Part shown: positions 1-9,674 of the stretch, piece after piece
How positions within the stretch are numbered: the stretch's first letter is position 1
Layout of the letters: every line of letters begins with the position of its first letter
IMG/VR virus record: IMGVR_UViG_3300033066_000592
Location: 1-64,000 of that record
DNA length: 64,000 nt
From: a virus
Taxonomy: Duplodnaviria > Caudoviricetes
Direction: 5' to 3' (one strand)
Translations under genes and position numbers: made by a program
Notes under the pieces: generated by a model
The model's input: the letters and a program-made list of their open reading frames with translations, nothing else
Told to the model about the DNA's origin: nothing
The model's database searches: none

Positions 1-19
1 AAGCCGTGCTGACACGCTC

Positions 20-220
20 TTGAACATGATCGACGAGATCACGTTCGTGCGTGCAGCGCCTGAGAAAGTCGCCACGGCTGAGGGCGTCGGCACCGAGATC
101 AGCGCCACCTACGACTATCCAGACGCGCTGTTCGACTGGCTTCAGGCGAACCTACCCGAAGCCCTGGCCGGCGGCGCTGTGGTCGAAAAGCGCGTCACCG
201 CGCATCCGAGCAACCGATGA
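20..220 (+). CDS. hypothetical protein
   Basis: Short ORF; its stop overlaps the next start (ATGA). Confidence 0.5.
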   Translation: MNMIDEITFVRAAPEKVATAEGVGTEISATYDYPDALFDWLQANLPEALAGGAVVEKRVTAHPSNR

Positions 221-501
221 GTAACTCGCACTGGTCAACAGGACCTTATAAAAGACGCATCGTGGGTTGCTTGAGTTTGGTGGTAGCAGATAGCGACAAG
301 AGTTCCGAACTCTATACGCGGCCGAATCTGGCACCGACCAAACGCTTTGCATGGGCTGTGTTGTCGTACGTGTCGGCTGAGACCAGCGTAACCGGCTCTG
401 AAGACACGGAAGAGGCCGCTATGCAGGCTTGCGCACGTGCAGCCATCACGGTGATCGATGAAACCAAACGACAGCTACAAAGCATAGAGGCCGCTTCATG
501 A
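217..501 (+). CDS. hypothetical protein
   Basis: ATGA coupling on both sides. Confidence 0.6.
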   Translation: MSNSHWSTGPYKRRIVGCLSLVVADSDKSSELYTRPNLAPTKRFAWAVLSYVSAETSVTGSEDTEEAAMQACARAAITVIDETKRQLQSIEAAS

Positions 502-1094
502 AGAAGCGTAAGAACAGCAGAGCCAAGGGCAGCCGCTTCGAGCTGGTCATTGCCAAGCTGCTGCAAGCCTGGTACGGCGGCGTGTGGAAGCGCACGCCGC
601 TTTCGGGTGGCTGGTCGAAGGGTGCCGACTTCGAGGTGGCCGGCGACGTGACGTGCAATCTCAAGAACCGACTGCACATCGAAGCCAAGAACCGCGAAGG
701 CTGGTGTCTGGATGACCTCGTCACCGGCCGGCGCGCAACGGGCACATCCAGCGTGCTTGAGTGGTGGGAGCAGAGCTGCCGCGAAGCCAAGACGCGCTAC
801 GGCGAACAGCCGCGCTGGCCACTGCTGCTGTTCACGCGCAATCGCGCGCCTGTCATGATCATGCTGACCGAGGAGCTGTTCAATCGGCTCGACAGCTACG
901 GCGGCGGCTTGGCACAGCTGCTGCCGATGCTGCGCTACCGCGTCGAGAAGGGCAAGTACGGTGCTGGTCCTGTCGTCATCATGAGCGCCGAGGTCTTCTT
1001 CGCGCGGATGCGGCCTCCGAAGGCATCACCAAATCACAAGAAGTGGCAGCCGCGTGAACTACAGCGCGACGGCCGAAAGAAGAAAGCCGCATGA
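498..1094 (+). CDS. Holliday junction resolvase, Hjc-type PD-(D/E)xK nuclease
   Basis: KGSRFE...WKRTPLSGG...GD...HIEAK motif pattern of phage/archaeal Hjc resolvases. Confidence 0.8.
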   Translation: MKKRKNSRAKGSRFELVIAKLLQAWYGGVWKRTPLSGGWSKGADFEVAGDVTCNLKNRLHIEAKNREGWCLDDLVTGRRATGTSSVLEWWEQSCREAKTRYGEQPRWPLLLFTRNRAPVMIMLTEELFNRLDSYGGGLAQLLPMLRYRVEKGKYGAGPVVIMSAEVFFARMRPPKASPNHKKWQPRELQRDGRKKKAA

Positions 1095-1276
1095 GCCTGC
1101 TGCGTCGTCTGTTGAACCTGCTCGTGGTACCACCTGCACAGCGTGATGCCGAAGTGGTCACGCTTCGACTGTGCGAAGCCGAACGCCTGCTGCTCCGACC
1201 GAACGTGCTGTATTTGTTCACCGTGAAACCTGACTGCGCCCGCTGCGTCGAGCTTGAACAGCGCGGTCGTACCTAG
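1091..1276 (+). CDS. hypothetical protein
   Basis: ATGA overlap with the upstream gene; CxxC near the C-terminus. Confidence 0.5.
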   Translation: MSLLRRLLNLLVVPPAQRDAEVVTLRLCEAERLLLRPNVLYLFTVKPDCARCVELEQRGRT

Positions 1277-1288
1277 AGGAGAAGATCC

Positions 1289-1783
1289 GTGAGCAACAAC
1301 CTACCCCCTCGTGAGCTACCGAAGCTCGCCAACGAATACACTGACCGCCTGGATCTAGGCCAACCGAAGCCCCGCGAAGTTATGCATGGCCTGGACCGCT
1401 GCTGTCCGTGTCCTGAGCACATCGAAGATGGTCGCGACGGCTGGCAGCTGTTGTTTGCCGTCGTCAGCTCCGTTGTGTCGTGTCTGCTGTGCCCTGCGCA
1501 CCTACCGGGTCTGCTTGGTGCGGCGCTGACTTGGCTGAGCGTGAGCCATGCCGCACACTGGTGGCTGTCGATGCTCGTCGCGCTACCGCTTATGGCCATC
1601 AGCGGTGCACGCTCCGTCATGAATCAACGCTGCATGCAGTTTTTCATGACGCTGCTCGGTGTGCTCATGCTCTACGCCGTGTCGTGGTACGGCGATTCGC
1701 TCGTGCTCAATGTTGGCGGTGCAGCGCTGCTCTTGCTCGCGCCGTTCTATGACCGCCTACGTCGGTATCAGAGGAGCCTGTAG
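1289..1783 (+). CDS. MerC-like multi-pass membrane protein
   Basis: GAGGAG RBS; SCLLCPAHLP followed by about four hydrophobic helices. Confidence 0.5.
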   Translation: MSNNLPPRELPKLANEYTDRLDLGQPKPREVMHGLDRCCPCPEHIEDGRDGWQLLFAVVSSVVSCLLCPAHLPGLLGAALTWLSVSHAAHWWLSMLVALPLMAISGARSVMNQRCMQFFMTLLGVLMLYAVSWYGDSLVLNVGGAALLLLAPFYDRLRRYQRSL

Positions 1784-1785
1784 CC

Positions 1786-2145
1786 ATGCCGTTCCTACAA
1801 GACTACGAGTGTCCAAAAGGCCATCGCTTCGAGCACATGGCCGACAACCGCGAGAGCGCTCCCGTGCAGTTGTCGTGCGAAGTCTGCCTGCGTATCAGAG
1901 AGGAACCGGACGGCTCTATTGCATGGGTGCATTTTGCACGGCCCGTCATCAGCGGTCGTGCGGCGCCCGTCACGATCGTCAAGGGCAACGGTGACTTCGC
2001 CGTTCGTGAAGGCGAGCGACTGCACAAGCGCGCCGCTGCGCACAATCAGACACGCGAAGTGCGCGACGAGATTCGCATGAACACAGAGCATGCGCTGAGC
2101 CGTGCCGGTGTCGATGTTGGCCTGTTGCGGCGAGGCGGCTGGTGA
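1786..2145 (+). CDS. FmdB-type zinc-ribbon protein
   Basis: MP..DYECPKGHRFE...CEVC N-terminus. Confidence 0.65.
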   Translation: MPFLQDYECPKGHRFEHMADNRESAPVQLSCEVCLRIREEPDGSIAWVHFARPVISGRAAPVTIVKGNGDFAVREGERLHKRAAAHNQTREVRDEIRMNTEHALSRAGVDVGLLRRGGW

Positions 2146-2618
2146 CGGCGAGCGTACAGACGCGAGCGCAGGCGCGGCTTGTCAGAGAAGCTGCGCTTCA
2201 GTGGATGCTCGTCTCGTTGAATATGTTCGACGCCATCGTATACGACACGTGTGGCGCTGCCACGTTCTTTGACTCCGCAGACGAACAGCGGCCAACAATA
2301 TCGGGCCTGTGGTGGTTGCGTCTTACGCAACCAGTTGCCGATGACTTCTATCTATATGCGTATCGGCAAGACGCAACGCTGTTCTCTGTGCGTTTTGCAA
2401 CGTGCGATGATCCGCATACGCCGATCTTTGACTTCCAGGTGCACCTAAGCGAGCACGAGGTCATTGATCTTCAGCTCCAGATCGCCAGCGCGCTTGTGCG
2501 TGGTCGGCTTCCACCAGTCTGCACCGAGTGGTCTGTCAATCGCTGGCGGCGTTTCGTCGCACGTACGCTGCATTACGTACGCTGGCGAGGCAGCCTGCGC
2601 GTGTACGGTCCGAACTGA
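2142..2618 (+). CDS. hypothetical protein
   Basis: GTGA coupling; 158-aa ORF. Confidence 0.6.
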   Translation: MTASVQTRAQARLVREAALQWMLVSLNMFDAIVYDTCGAATFFDSADEQRPTISGLWWLRLTQPVADDFYLYAYRQDATLFSVRFATCDDPHTPIFDFQVHLSEHEVIDLQLQIASALVRGRLPPVCTEWSVNRWRRFVARTLHYVRWRGSLRVYGPN

Positions 2619-2734
2619 TAAGCGGTGCACGACCGGCTGTGCATGCACAGTGCTATACGTGCACCGCTTCTGTATGACATGCAGGTGCGAAAAGGCGCTT
2701 GCACAGTGCACAGGTTCTGCCAACATGGTGCGCT

Positions 2735-3040
2735 ATGGGCAGACCACTTGGTGCAAACAACGCAGGCAGCGCGGCCAAGTACGCAGCCGCGCTGCCGTTT
2801 CTCAAGCTCCGCTGGCCACCTGGCGCAGTCGCACGGTTGTCGGGAGTTCATCGCAACGTAGCGCGGCGTTGGCTGCGTACGTACTGGGCTCTCAAGAGCG
2901 GCCGACACGTAACGGCATTCCAGGGATTGCCGGTGCGCGACCGCGCTCTTATCGAGCATGCGATGCACGCACTACGGCAGCTATCACCGGCAGCACGACG
3001 TGCACTCGCCACATACCTGACGGCGGATATGTCGTCATGA
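2735..3040 (+). CDS. HTH protein resembling the adjacent terminase small subunit
   Basis: AVARLSGVHRNVARRW helix-turn-helix; ATGA overlap with the terS start. Confidence 0.55.
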   Translation: MGRPLGANNAGSAAKYAAALPFLKLRWPPGAVARLSGVHRNVARRWLRTYWALKSGRHVTAFQGLPVRDRALIEHAMHALRQLSPAARRALATYLTADMSS

Positions 3041-3651
3041 GCACAGTGGCTTTGACAAAAGCCGTATCCACCGAAGACTGGTGGACCGCTGAACGCGAAA
3101 CGTACTTCAAGCTGCGCATGCAAGGCAAAGCCGATACTGACATCGCGCAAGGGCTTGGCGTACATCGCAATACGCTACGTGAGTGGCGCAGCAGTCCAGC
3201 TTTCACACAGCGCATTGCTGAGCATGAAGCTGACGTGATTGCCGCTGTGCAGACGCGGCGTCAGCGCGGCACGATATCGCTTGCCGACGGCGCACAGCTC
3301 GCAGCCCAGAAAGCACAGGCGGAGCTGCTGAAAGATCCGGCGTCATATGACAAAGCCCGCCTGTCGATTGCACTCAGCGACAGTTTCGCTCGCATGCGAG
3401 AGCGTGAGCGGCAAGAGCTTGGCGTCGGTCAAGAGGCTGTCGTCAAAGTACAGCACAGCGGTGCTGTCGTACACGCAACGGCGCATCTCGACTTTCGGCG
3501 CTTCGTCACAGAGCGCGGCGTTGCAGACCTACAAGTCGAAGGCACGCCTGAGCAAGTCGTCGCTACACTGCTCATGGCGACAGCGAATCGCACCGACATC
3601 ATCGACGTCTTTGACGCTGAAGACGCGCCCGCCGACAAGGTGGCCAAATGA
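3037..3651 (+). CDS. terS: terminase small subunit (HTH)
   Basis: IAQGLGVHRNTLREW HTH; directly upstream of and overlapping terL; start moved from 2464 to ATG 3037. Confidence 0.7.
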   Translation: MSTVALTKAVSTEDWWTAERETYFKLRMQGKADTDIAQGLGVHRNTLREWRSSPAFTQRIAEHEADVIAAVQTRRQRGTISLADGAQLAAQKAQAELLKDPASYDKARLSIALSDSFARMRERERQELGVGQEAVVKVQHSGAVVHATAHLDFRRFVTERGVADLQVEGTPEQVVATLLMATANRTDIIDVFDAEDAPADKVAK

Positions 3652-5435
3652 ACATCGCCGATGTTCTCAAGGGTCTGCCGGCGGGCCTTTCCGTGCGTGA
3701 CGCTTTCGAGCTGATGTCGGAGCAAGATCCCGCTCTGTGGTGTGCCTACAAGCGCCGGCTTAACGGTGCACCGCTGACGTTCAACAACGAGCATCAGCTC
3801 ACAGCCGCATCACTCGCGGATCTGCGTGCCAAGAATCCAGAGAAGTACGACAAAGAGCTGTACGTCAGGCTGCTCAAGCATCGGCCGATGCTTATCGATC
3901 CGCTGCGTGATCAGCATCCTGAATTGATCATTGAGAAAGGCCGACAGGCTGGCGTCAGCGAAGTCGCTATCTCCAAGGCGATAGCGATGCTCGACAAGAA
4001 GCCGAGCAGCAAGCAGACACCGAAGCTCATCTACACCTTTCCGCGCAATCCGCAGCTGCTCGACTACAGCAACACGCGCATCGCGCCGATCTTCCGCGAG
4101 ACGCCACGCGCCGCCGCTCTGTTGACAGGCAGCAACGGCGTCATGAGCAAGAAGATCGGCCGCGGCTTTCTCATCTTGCGTAGCGCGTGGGAGTCCGGCC
4201 TCGGCGAAGGCGTCGATGCCGACGCTGTCTTTCTTGACGAGTTCGATCGCATGAAGCCTGGCGTGGATGTGGCCTTTCGCGAGTCACTGTCGTCGTCAGA
4301 GTGGAACATCTTCTGCATTCTCAGCACGCCGACGCTGCCGAAGAAGGGCATTGACGAGTTCTTTCAGAAGAGTGATCAGCGCGTCTGGCTCGTGCGCTGC
4401 TCGCGCTGTTCGCTTGAGCAAGAAGTCACGTACGCCGACAACGTCGTGCAAGTGCAAGAGCTGCCCGTCGGCAGCAAAGAGGTGCCTGAAGGCAGCTTCG
4501 CCTACGTGTGCAAGCTTAAGAAGTGCCAAGGTCCGCTTGACCGTCTGCACGGTCGCTACGTCGCTCGGTATCCTGAGCGCAAAGACGCGCGTGGTTATCA
4601 CATACCGCAGACGATCATGCCGTGGATCTCCGCGTCGGCGCTTCAGCGCAAGCGCGTGAAGTACAAGTTCTTTCAGCTGTTCTGCAACTACTCGCTTGGC
4701 ATCACGAGCAAAGGCGACAACGTCTTTCTGACTGACGAGGACTTCGAAGAGATCGTCGGTACGTCAGAGGCGTTTCCTTACGGCTATCCGATGATCTCTC
4801 GACGCACGCGCGATTGGAGCCGTGTCGTCGTTGGCATCGACTGGGGCCATATGAACTGGGTCGTCGTGATGGGCATCTCCGCGCATAACGACAGGCCGTA
4901 CATACTCGCAGTCGACTACTTCGAAGACGACGCAGCGCAGGAGCTGGCGTCGGTCTACGCGATCGAGAACTTCATCAAACCGTTCGAGCCTGACATGATT
5001 CTTGCCGACAGTGGCTACGGCAAAGACCGCAACGCCTATCTCAAACGCAAGTTCGCCACGGAAGGTGGCCGCGAGTTCTACGCTGTCTTCACAGTAGGCG
5101 GCGAAGGTCAGACGTCACGTAACGTCGCGCCTGTGTGGGCTGAAGGCAAAGTCACTGTCGACAAGACGATGGCCTACAAGCTGACGGCGCGTGCCATCAA
5201 AGAGAAGGAGTTTGGCATACCGTCTCTTGAGAACCGTTCGATCGCGCTGCTGCGTGATCACTTCAAGAACTTGGCGCTGCTGAGACAGCAAGCCAACGAA
5301 GACGACGAGAACAGCGAGATCGTCGAGCACATCGCAGCAAGCGGTGATGATCACCTGGCAAGCGCAACAGTCTTCGCGTGGCTCGGCATCGAGAAGCTGT
5401 CAGCCGGCGGTGATCTGCACTTCAGTTTCGACTAG
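3648..5435 (+). CDS. terL: terminase large subunit
   Basis: EKGRQAGVSE (Walker A variant), VFLDEFD (Walker B), STP coupling motif, GIDWG / ADSG / DDH nuclease motifs. Confidence 0.92.
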   Translation: MNIADVLKGLPAGLSVRDAFELMSEQDPALWCAYKRRLNGAPLTFNNEHQLTAASLADLRAKNPEKYDKELYVRLLKHRPMLIDPLRDQHPELIIEKGRQAGVSEVAISKAIAMLDKKPSSKQTPKLIYTFPRNPQLLDYSNTRIAPIFRETPRAAALLTGSNGVMSKKIGRGFLILRSAWESGLGEGVDADAVFLDEFDRMKPGVDVAFRESLSSSEWNIFCILSTPTLPKKGIDEFFQKSDQRVWLVRCSRCSLEQEVTYADNVVQVQELPVGSKEVPEGSFAYVCKLKKCQGPLDRLHGRYVARYPERKDARGYHIPQTIMPWISASALQRKRVKYKFFQLFCNYSLGITSKGDNVFLTDEDFEEIVGTSEAFPYGYPMISRRTRDWSRVVVGIDWGHMNWVVVMGISAHNDRPYILAVDYFEDDAAQELASVYAIENFIKPFEPDMILADSGYGKDRNAYLKRKFATEGGREFYAVFTVGGEGQTSRNVAPVWAEGKVTVDKTMAYKLTARAIKEKEFGIPSLENRSIALLRDHFKNLALLRQQANEDDENSEIVEHIAASGDDHLASATVFAWLGIEKLSAGGDLHFSFD

Positions 5436-5449
5436 AGGACCAAAGCACA

Positions 5450-5776
5450 ATGCGAAAGGACGATCTGACACGACAAGGCGTTCGAGACTTGAACCGCATA
5501 GGACCTGCACCGAAAAAGCCACGCACGGACTTACGACAGCAAGTGTGCGGTCACTTGCACGTGTGGCATCAAGACCTAGGCGCCGGCAGGAAGTCGCGCA
5601 ACTGCGATGACTGCGGCATGTACGAAGAGTTCGATTCCGTGAAAGAGGAGATACAGGCAAATGAGCACGCCACTCGCACAGATCAACAGCAGCGACGATT
5701 TGAATCAGCAGCATCTGCACGACAAGGCGAAGCATCAGCGCATGCTGCTCGGCCGCTTCAAAGATCGCTATCGTGA
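5450..5776 (+). CDS. hypothetical protein
   Basis: GAGGA RBS; C/H cluster; 3' end overlaps the next ORF by more than 100 nt, so the end is uncertain. Confidence 0.45.
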   Translation: MRKDDLTRQGVRDLNRIGPAPKKPRTDLRQQVCGHLHVWHQDLGAGRKSRNCDDCGMYEEFDSVKEEIQANEHATRTDQQQRRFESAASARQGEASAHAARPLQRSLS

Positions 5777-6068
5777 CGACTGGCCGGAAGGTCACGAACA
5801 GCACACCGTCTGCTACGTGCTGCGCGAGCCTGACGAGCCTACAACCGACGCTGTCGCGCTGTGCTCGTGCGGCGAGTTGCTGTTTGTCGGCGAGACCGAC
5901 TACAGCAGCGAAGAAGTCGTGATGCTGGACTGTCACAGCTACGACACTTTGCAGCAGCGTGCGCGCAGCAAAACGCGCAACGCAGCCTGGCTCATCGCTG
6001 GCCTGCTGTTCGTCTGCATCTTGAACATCGTCTGCATCGCGTGGATCGCTACGCACATCTGTCACTAA
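5661..6068 (+). CDS. hypothetical membrane protein
   Basis: GAGGAG upstream; C-terminal TM helix. Confidence 0.6.
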   Translation: MSTPLAQINSSDDLNQQHLHDKAKHQRMLLGRFKDRYRDDWPEGHEQHTVCYVLREPDEPTTDAVALCSCGELLFVGETDYSSEEVVMLDCHSYDTLQQRARSKTRNAAWLIAGLLFVCILNIVCIAWIATHICH

Positions 6069-6096
6069 GCAACACGTCCGCAAGGAGCGTCCTCTC

Positions 6097-6795
6097 ATGA
6101 AGAAGACCAACACTGTGTCGCGAGCCGCTGCTCGCGAAGCGATGGCGCATGCGCGCCGTCATGGCATCAACGATCTTGGCCAGATTGCACTGCACGCACT
6201 CGTGCAAGCTCTGCGACCGGAAGGCTATGAGCCGCCGACGCCAGCGCAGACAAGCGCAATTCGTGCAAGCACGGAGTGGCACGCACTGCGCCGCCTGCTC
6301 AAGGCCGGTGCGCTGAGCAAGAGCGTCAAAGACAACGTCTGTCGCTTCACGAAAGCAGCAGGCGCCGTGGCGCTGCTCTGTCTGACGGCGTGTGGCTCGC
6401 AAGCGGCGCCTGCGATGCCTGCAAAGCTTGACGAGCCTGTGCTCGACACGCGCAAAGCCGACTGCGAGCCTGACACTGCTCTCGCGAGTCTCGCAGAGCA
6501 GTGGCAACACATGGCACTGCGTCTGGCACCGTGCGGCGCTGGCTACGTCGAATTTCAGCCGTGTGACGAGGCCGCGAACTACGGCGTCGGACAACATCCG
6601 TACATCGAGATGCGCTATCGTCGTCTGCTCGATGGCGGTAAAAGTGCTCTCGTCAGCATCGCAGCCTATGAGAACAGCGCGTTCGTAGCGGCGCGGGCTA
6701 AGCTCAACGATCGTGACTGCAAGCGCTACGTCGCCAACGGCGGCTTCGCGTGTATCAAGTACGGCGCAGAGCCGCGCGCTTGGTGCGTGCAGTAG
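6097..6795 (+). CDS. hypothetical protein with internal lipobox-like segment
   Basis: AAGGAG RBS; AVALLCLTACG about 90 aa in; Cys-rich C-terminal half. Confidence 0.65.
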   Translation: MKKTNTVSRAAAREAMAHARRHGINDLGQIALHALVQALRPEGYEPPTPAQTSAIRASTEWHALRRLLKAGALSKSVKDNVCRFTKAAGAVALLCLTACGSQAAPAMPAKLDEPVLDTRKADCEPDTALASLAEQWQHMALRLAPCGAGYVEFQPCDEAANYGVGQHPYIEMRYRRLLDGGKSALVSIAAYENSAFVAARAKLNDRDCKRYVANGGFACIKYGAEPRAWCVQ

Positions 6796-6803
6796 ACAGA
6801 GAG

Positions 6804-6812
6804 TGCTACTGT
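6804..6812 (+). promoter_or_regulatory. extended -10 element TGCTACTGT
   Basis: TGnTAnnnT match in the intergenic gap ahead of the 6858 gene. Confidence 0.4.
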
Positions 6813-6857
6813 ACGCGAAGCAAGTAACTCAATCACGTACGACGAGGAGCTACGAAC

Positions 6858-7925
6858 ATGACGAAGCAGAACGATACGCGCAGTGCTCACGAAATCGCCG
6901 CCAACAATGCCATTCGCCACATGAAGACACCGGGCGACCTTCGTACCGAGGAAGAGAAAGCAGCATTCGGCACGCCGCTGTCTTCGGCGACTGTCGCAGA
7001 AGTGCAACGGCGTCTTGATCTTCTGCCACAAGCGGAGCGAGACGCTTTGAAACAAACGCTCGACACGGCGCAGCTCGAAGCGACGCGCGATGTGCACACC
7101 GAGATGCGTCAACAAGATGCACAGGAGCTGCGCACGTTCCTGTCGGAGAAAGACGCAAAGGCACCGAAGCATGTGCTCAAACTGCGTGTGCTGCCGCCTG
7201 GCGTGTCGCTGCTGACAGAAGCCCTGTCGGCGTTCGGCTCGGCCTACGGTCAGAGCATGATGGGCAAGAAGCTGCGTGAGAAGTTCCGCAAGACGCGCGC
7301 AGAGAAAGTGCTGCGCATGACGAACGCGCACAAGCGCGTCGCCAAGGTCTTCGCAGCACTCAGCGAAGAGGTGCGCTACACGCTGACGTCGGCTGAGCGC
7401 GAAGCATCGCCGCTGAAAGATGGCGACACGTCGGCTGCAATCGACTGGCGTGTCATCGCCGATCGCGTGCTTGCCGATCACGGCTTGCCAAATCTCGACG
7501 AGTTGCAGGCCGCAAACAAGCATCTGGAGCCCTACCGACCTGCCTTGATGGCCTGGCGCGTATATGGCCGGCTCATCGCGGCAGTTCTAGAGGCCCTGAA
7601 GCCACAAGGCATGTATGACGAATCAGCTCACGACACCGTGATGCGCGTGCTGATCGAGCGTGCCGCGATGTCAGATCGCCTGGCGCGGTATGACAAGCTG
7701 CTACAGCCATTCGCGACGAATCGTGATCAGACGTTGGTGTGCACTCTTGAACGCCTGCTCAAGGAACTTGTCGCGTGGCGTCAGGACATGACGCCGCAGG
7801 ATGCTGCGGTGGTGGCACTCACGCAGCAAGCACTTAACACGTTGGAGCCGCTGCGCAACGTCGTGATTCCGATCGAGACGCTGATGCGTCTGATTCGCGA
7901 ATACGCCGTACACAACAAGAGCTAA
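6858..7925 (+). CDS. hypothetical helical protein
   Basis: GAGGAG RBS; 355-aa ORF. Confidence 0.75.
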   Translation: MTKQNDTRSAHEIAANNAIRHMKTPGDLRTEEEKAAFGTPLSSATVAEVQRRLDLLPQAERDALKQTLDTAQLEATRDVHTEMRQQDAQELRTFLSEKDAKAPKHVLKLRVLPPGVSLLTEALSAFGSAYGQSMMGKKLREKFRKTRAEKVLRMTNAHKRVAKVFAALSEEVRYTLTSAEREASPLKDGDTSAAIDWRVIADRVLADHGLPNLDELQAANKHLEPYRPALMAWRVYGRLIAAVLEALKPQGMYDESAHDTVMRVLIERAAMSDRLARYDKLLQPFATNRDQTLVCTLERLLKELVAWRQDMTPQDAAVVALTQQALNTLEPLRNVVIPIETLMRLIREYAVHNKS

Positions 7926-7985
7926 TCAACGCAGCACACGAAACGCTGGAGCGCCTGTACGGGCTTCGGCGCAGGAGCCTCAGTC

Positions 7986-8174
7986 ATGAAATGCGACGTA
8001 CGAAACTGTGCAACGTCAGAAACCGACGTCAAGCGCGTGCGCTTTGCCGTCAGCACGACGCAGCTCGGCTCGTTTCACGCAACGTGTCTGCTGTGCAAGA
8101 ACTGTCGGCATAAAGGCTACGCAGCACGTGCAACGACTGGCACCGTGACGATGCTCATGACGATCGACGACTAG
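7986..8174 (+). CDS. small Cys-containing hypothetical protein
   Basis: AGGAG RBS; C-x4-C and CxxCxxC. Confidence 0.6.
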   Translation: MKCDVRNCATSETDVKRVRFAVSTTQLGSFHATCLLCKNCRHKGYAARATTGTVTMLMTIDD

Positions 8175-8183
8175 GAGACACCA

Positions 8184-8840
8184 ATGTTCTGTAATCGCGT
8201 CAGAGTGCTCATGCAGCATGTCGCAGCAGGCGGAGACTGTACAGAGACCTTCGCCTTTCTCTGGTGGCTCAACGCCGCTGTAGACGGCGACTTTCCGCGC
8301 CAAGACGCTATCGACTCTCTACAAGCGACAGGCTACGAGCTGAAAGCCGAGCAGAGAGGCGAGAACTGCAAGTGCTGCGGCAATCGCTGGCCGTGCCGCG
8401 GCATCGCCAAAGAGCATTTGCCTGACATGCTCTATTTGCCTGACATGCTCTACATCGAGACGACGCTGTCTCTAACGCATCGTCTCGGTGGCCTTCGCTG
8501 TGTCGTGCGTTGGTGCACGTACAATCAGACCGTGCGCTTCGAAAAGCTGTCACAAGGCGCGCTCGTCGTAGTCACAGTGCGCGGCTACGGCGCGCAGACA
8601 ACGCCGCGCAAGTGCTCAGGCTTTCTCGTCTCAGACAACGGCGAGACGTGCGAAATAGAGCTGAGCGTAGACAAAGGCGTTGTGACAACGCACGCACGCG
8701 CCGACGTCAGCTTGATGCTCATGAACAACTCTGTGGCATACAAAAACGAGCCGCAGCCAGGCCAGCGCAGCCGAGAGAGGCGCGCAGAAGCTCTACAGCA
8801 AGAACTAGAGCAGAAGCTCGGCAACGTCTTGAAGACGTAG
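8184..8840 (+). CDS. hypothetical protein
   Basis: AGGAG RBS. Confidence 0.7.
   Translation: MFCNRVRVLMQHVAAGGDCTETFAFLWWLNAAVDGDFPRQDAIDSLQATGYELKAEQRGENCKCCGNRWPCRGIAKEHLPDMLYLPDMLYIETTLSLTHRLGGLRCVVRWCTYNQTVRFEKLSQGALVVVTVRGYGAQTTPRKCSGFLVSDNGETCEIELSVDKGVVTTHARADVSLMLMNNSVAYKNEPQPGQRSRERRAEALQQELEQKLGNVLKT
8416..8452. repeat. exact 18-bp tandem duplication
   Basis: ATTTGCCTGACATGCTCT twice, giving LPDMLY-LPDMLY in frame. Confidence 0.9.
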
Positions 8841-8852
8841 AGGAGTCTTAGC

Positions 8853-9227
8853 GTGAAGTGCAAGCACAGATGGCAAGCGTTCAAGAGCGTAATACAGCGA
8901 GATGCACGAGATGGCACGCAGACAGCTTATGTGCATCAGATGTGCATGCAGATGGGCTGTCGCAGCACGCGCTACAAACGCCGCAAGATTTCTCAGAAGT
9001 ATCGCGGCTGGCCTGGTGCATACAAGCCACGGCCGGCAAAACCGCGGAAGCTAGATCTCGGTTCACTGCGAGAGCGTGTAGAGAAAGCGATGCAAGAGCT
9101 TGCACGCGCTGCACAGAGCAGAAACGTGCTCGTGCGTGTGACACTCGACATCACAGCGGTGTCGAACGCAAAGCAAGCAGGCGCGTATGTGAATCGCGGT
9201 CTGAGCGGCTTCGAGAAAATCGCGTAG
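8853..9227 (+). CDS. basic hypothetical protein
   Basis: GAGGAG RBS; GTG start. Confidence 0.6.
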   Translation: MKCKHRWQAFKSVIQRDARDGTQTAYVHQMCMQMGCRSTRYKRRKISQKYRGWPGAYKPRPAKPRKLDLGSLRERVEKAMQELARAAQSRNVLVRVTLDITAVSNAKQAGAYVNRGLSGFEKIA

Positions 9228-9251
9228 ACATCTCAGCTAGAAAGAGAGCGC

Positions 9252-9617
9252 ATGCAACCGACTAAGAAGCGACGTACACAGCTGACGCAGTTGCAGCAGG
9301 CCGTACAGGAAGACGCAGCCGGTCAGCAGATTCGAAAAGCCGTAGAAGACGCAGAGCACGTGCGCATGCTGAAGAGAGCAAAGATGCGCGCCGACTACAT
9401 AGCAGCAGGTGTGAAAGCTCTCAAAAGCTACGGCTACGAGAGCGTGAGCGCAGAAAACATCTGCAAGGACACGATCTTCAAGAGCTTCTTTGCCGTGCAA
9501 GTGCAAGAGGCTCTTGAGGCAGCACGGCTGGTTCCTGCTCACATGAGAAACGCAGACGTAGAAGCTGTGCTGAGCGCTCTGCTGCAAGAGATGAACTTCG
9601 CAGAGAGAAGGAGCTAG
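9252..9617 (+). CDS. hypothetical protein
   Basis: 121-aa ORF in the same run of genes. Confidence 0.65.
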   Translation: MQPTKKRRTQLTQLQQAVQEDAAGQQIRKAVEDAEHVRMLKRAKMRADYIAAGVKALKSYGYESVSAENICKDTIFKSFFAVQVQEALEAARLVPAHMRNADVEAVLSALLQEMNFAERRS

Positions 9618-9638
9618 AGTCATCACAGCGAAGGAAGC

Positions 9639-9674
9639 GTCACAAGCGGACTAGAAACCGTGCACGCTTGTGAC
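9639..9674 (+). terminator. 10-bp stem-loop after the 5.4-9.6 kb gene run
   Basis: GTCACAAGCG...CGCTTGTGAC; no clear U-tract. Confidence 0.3.

Noticed and set aside
2464-3036. 395-aa terS as given by the ORF track
   Set aside because: The N-terminal extension is implausible; ATG 3037 and a separate HTH gene in another frame fit better.
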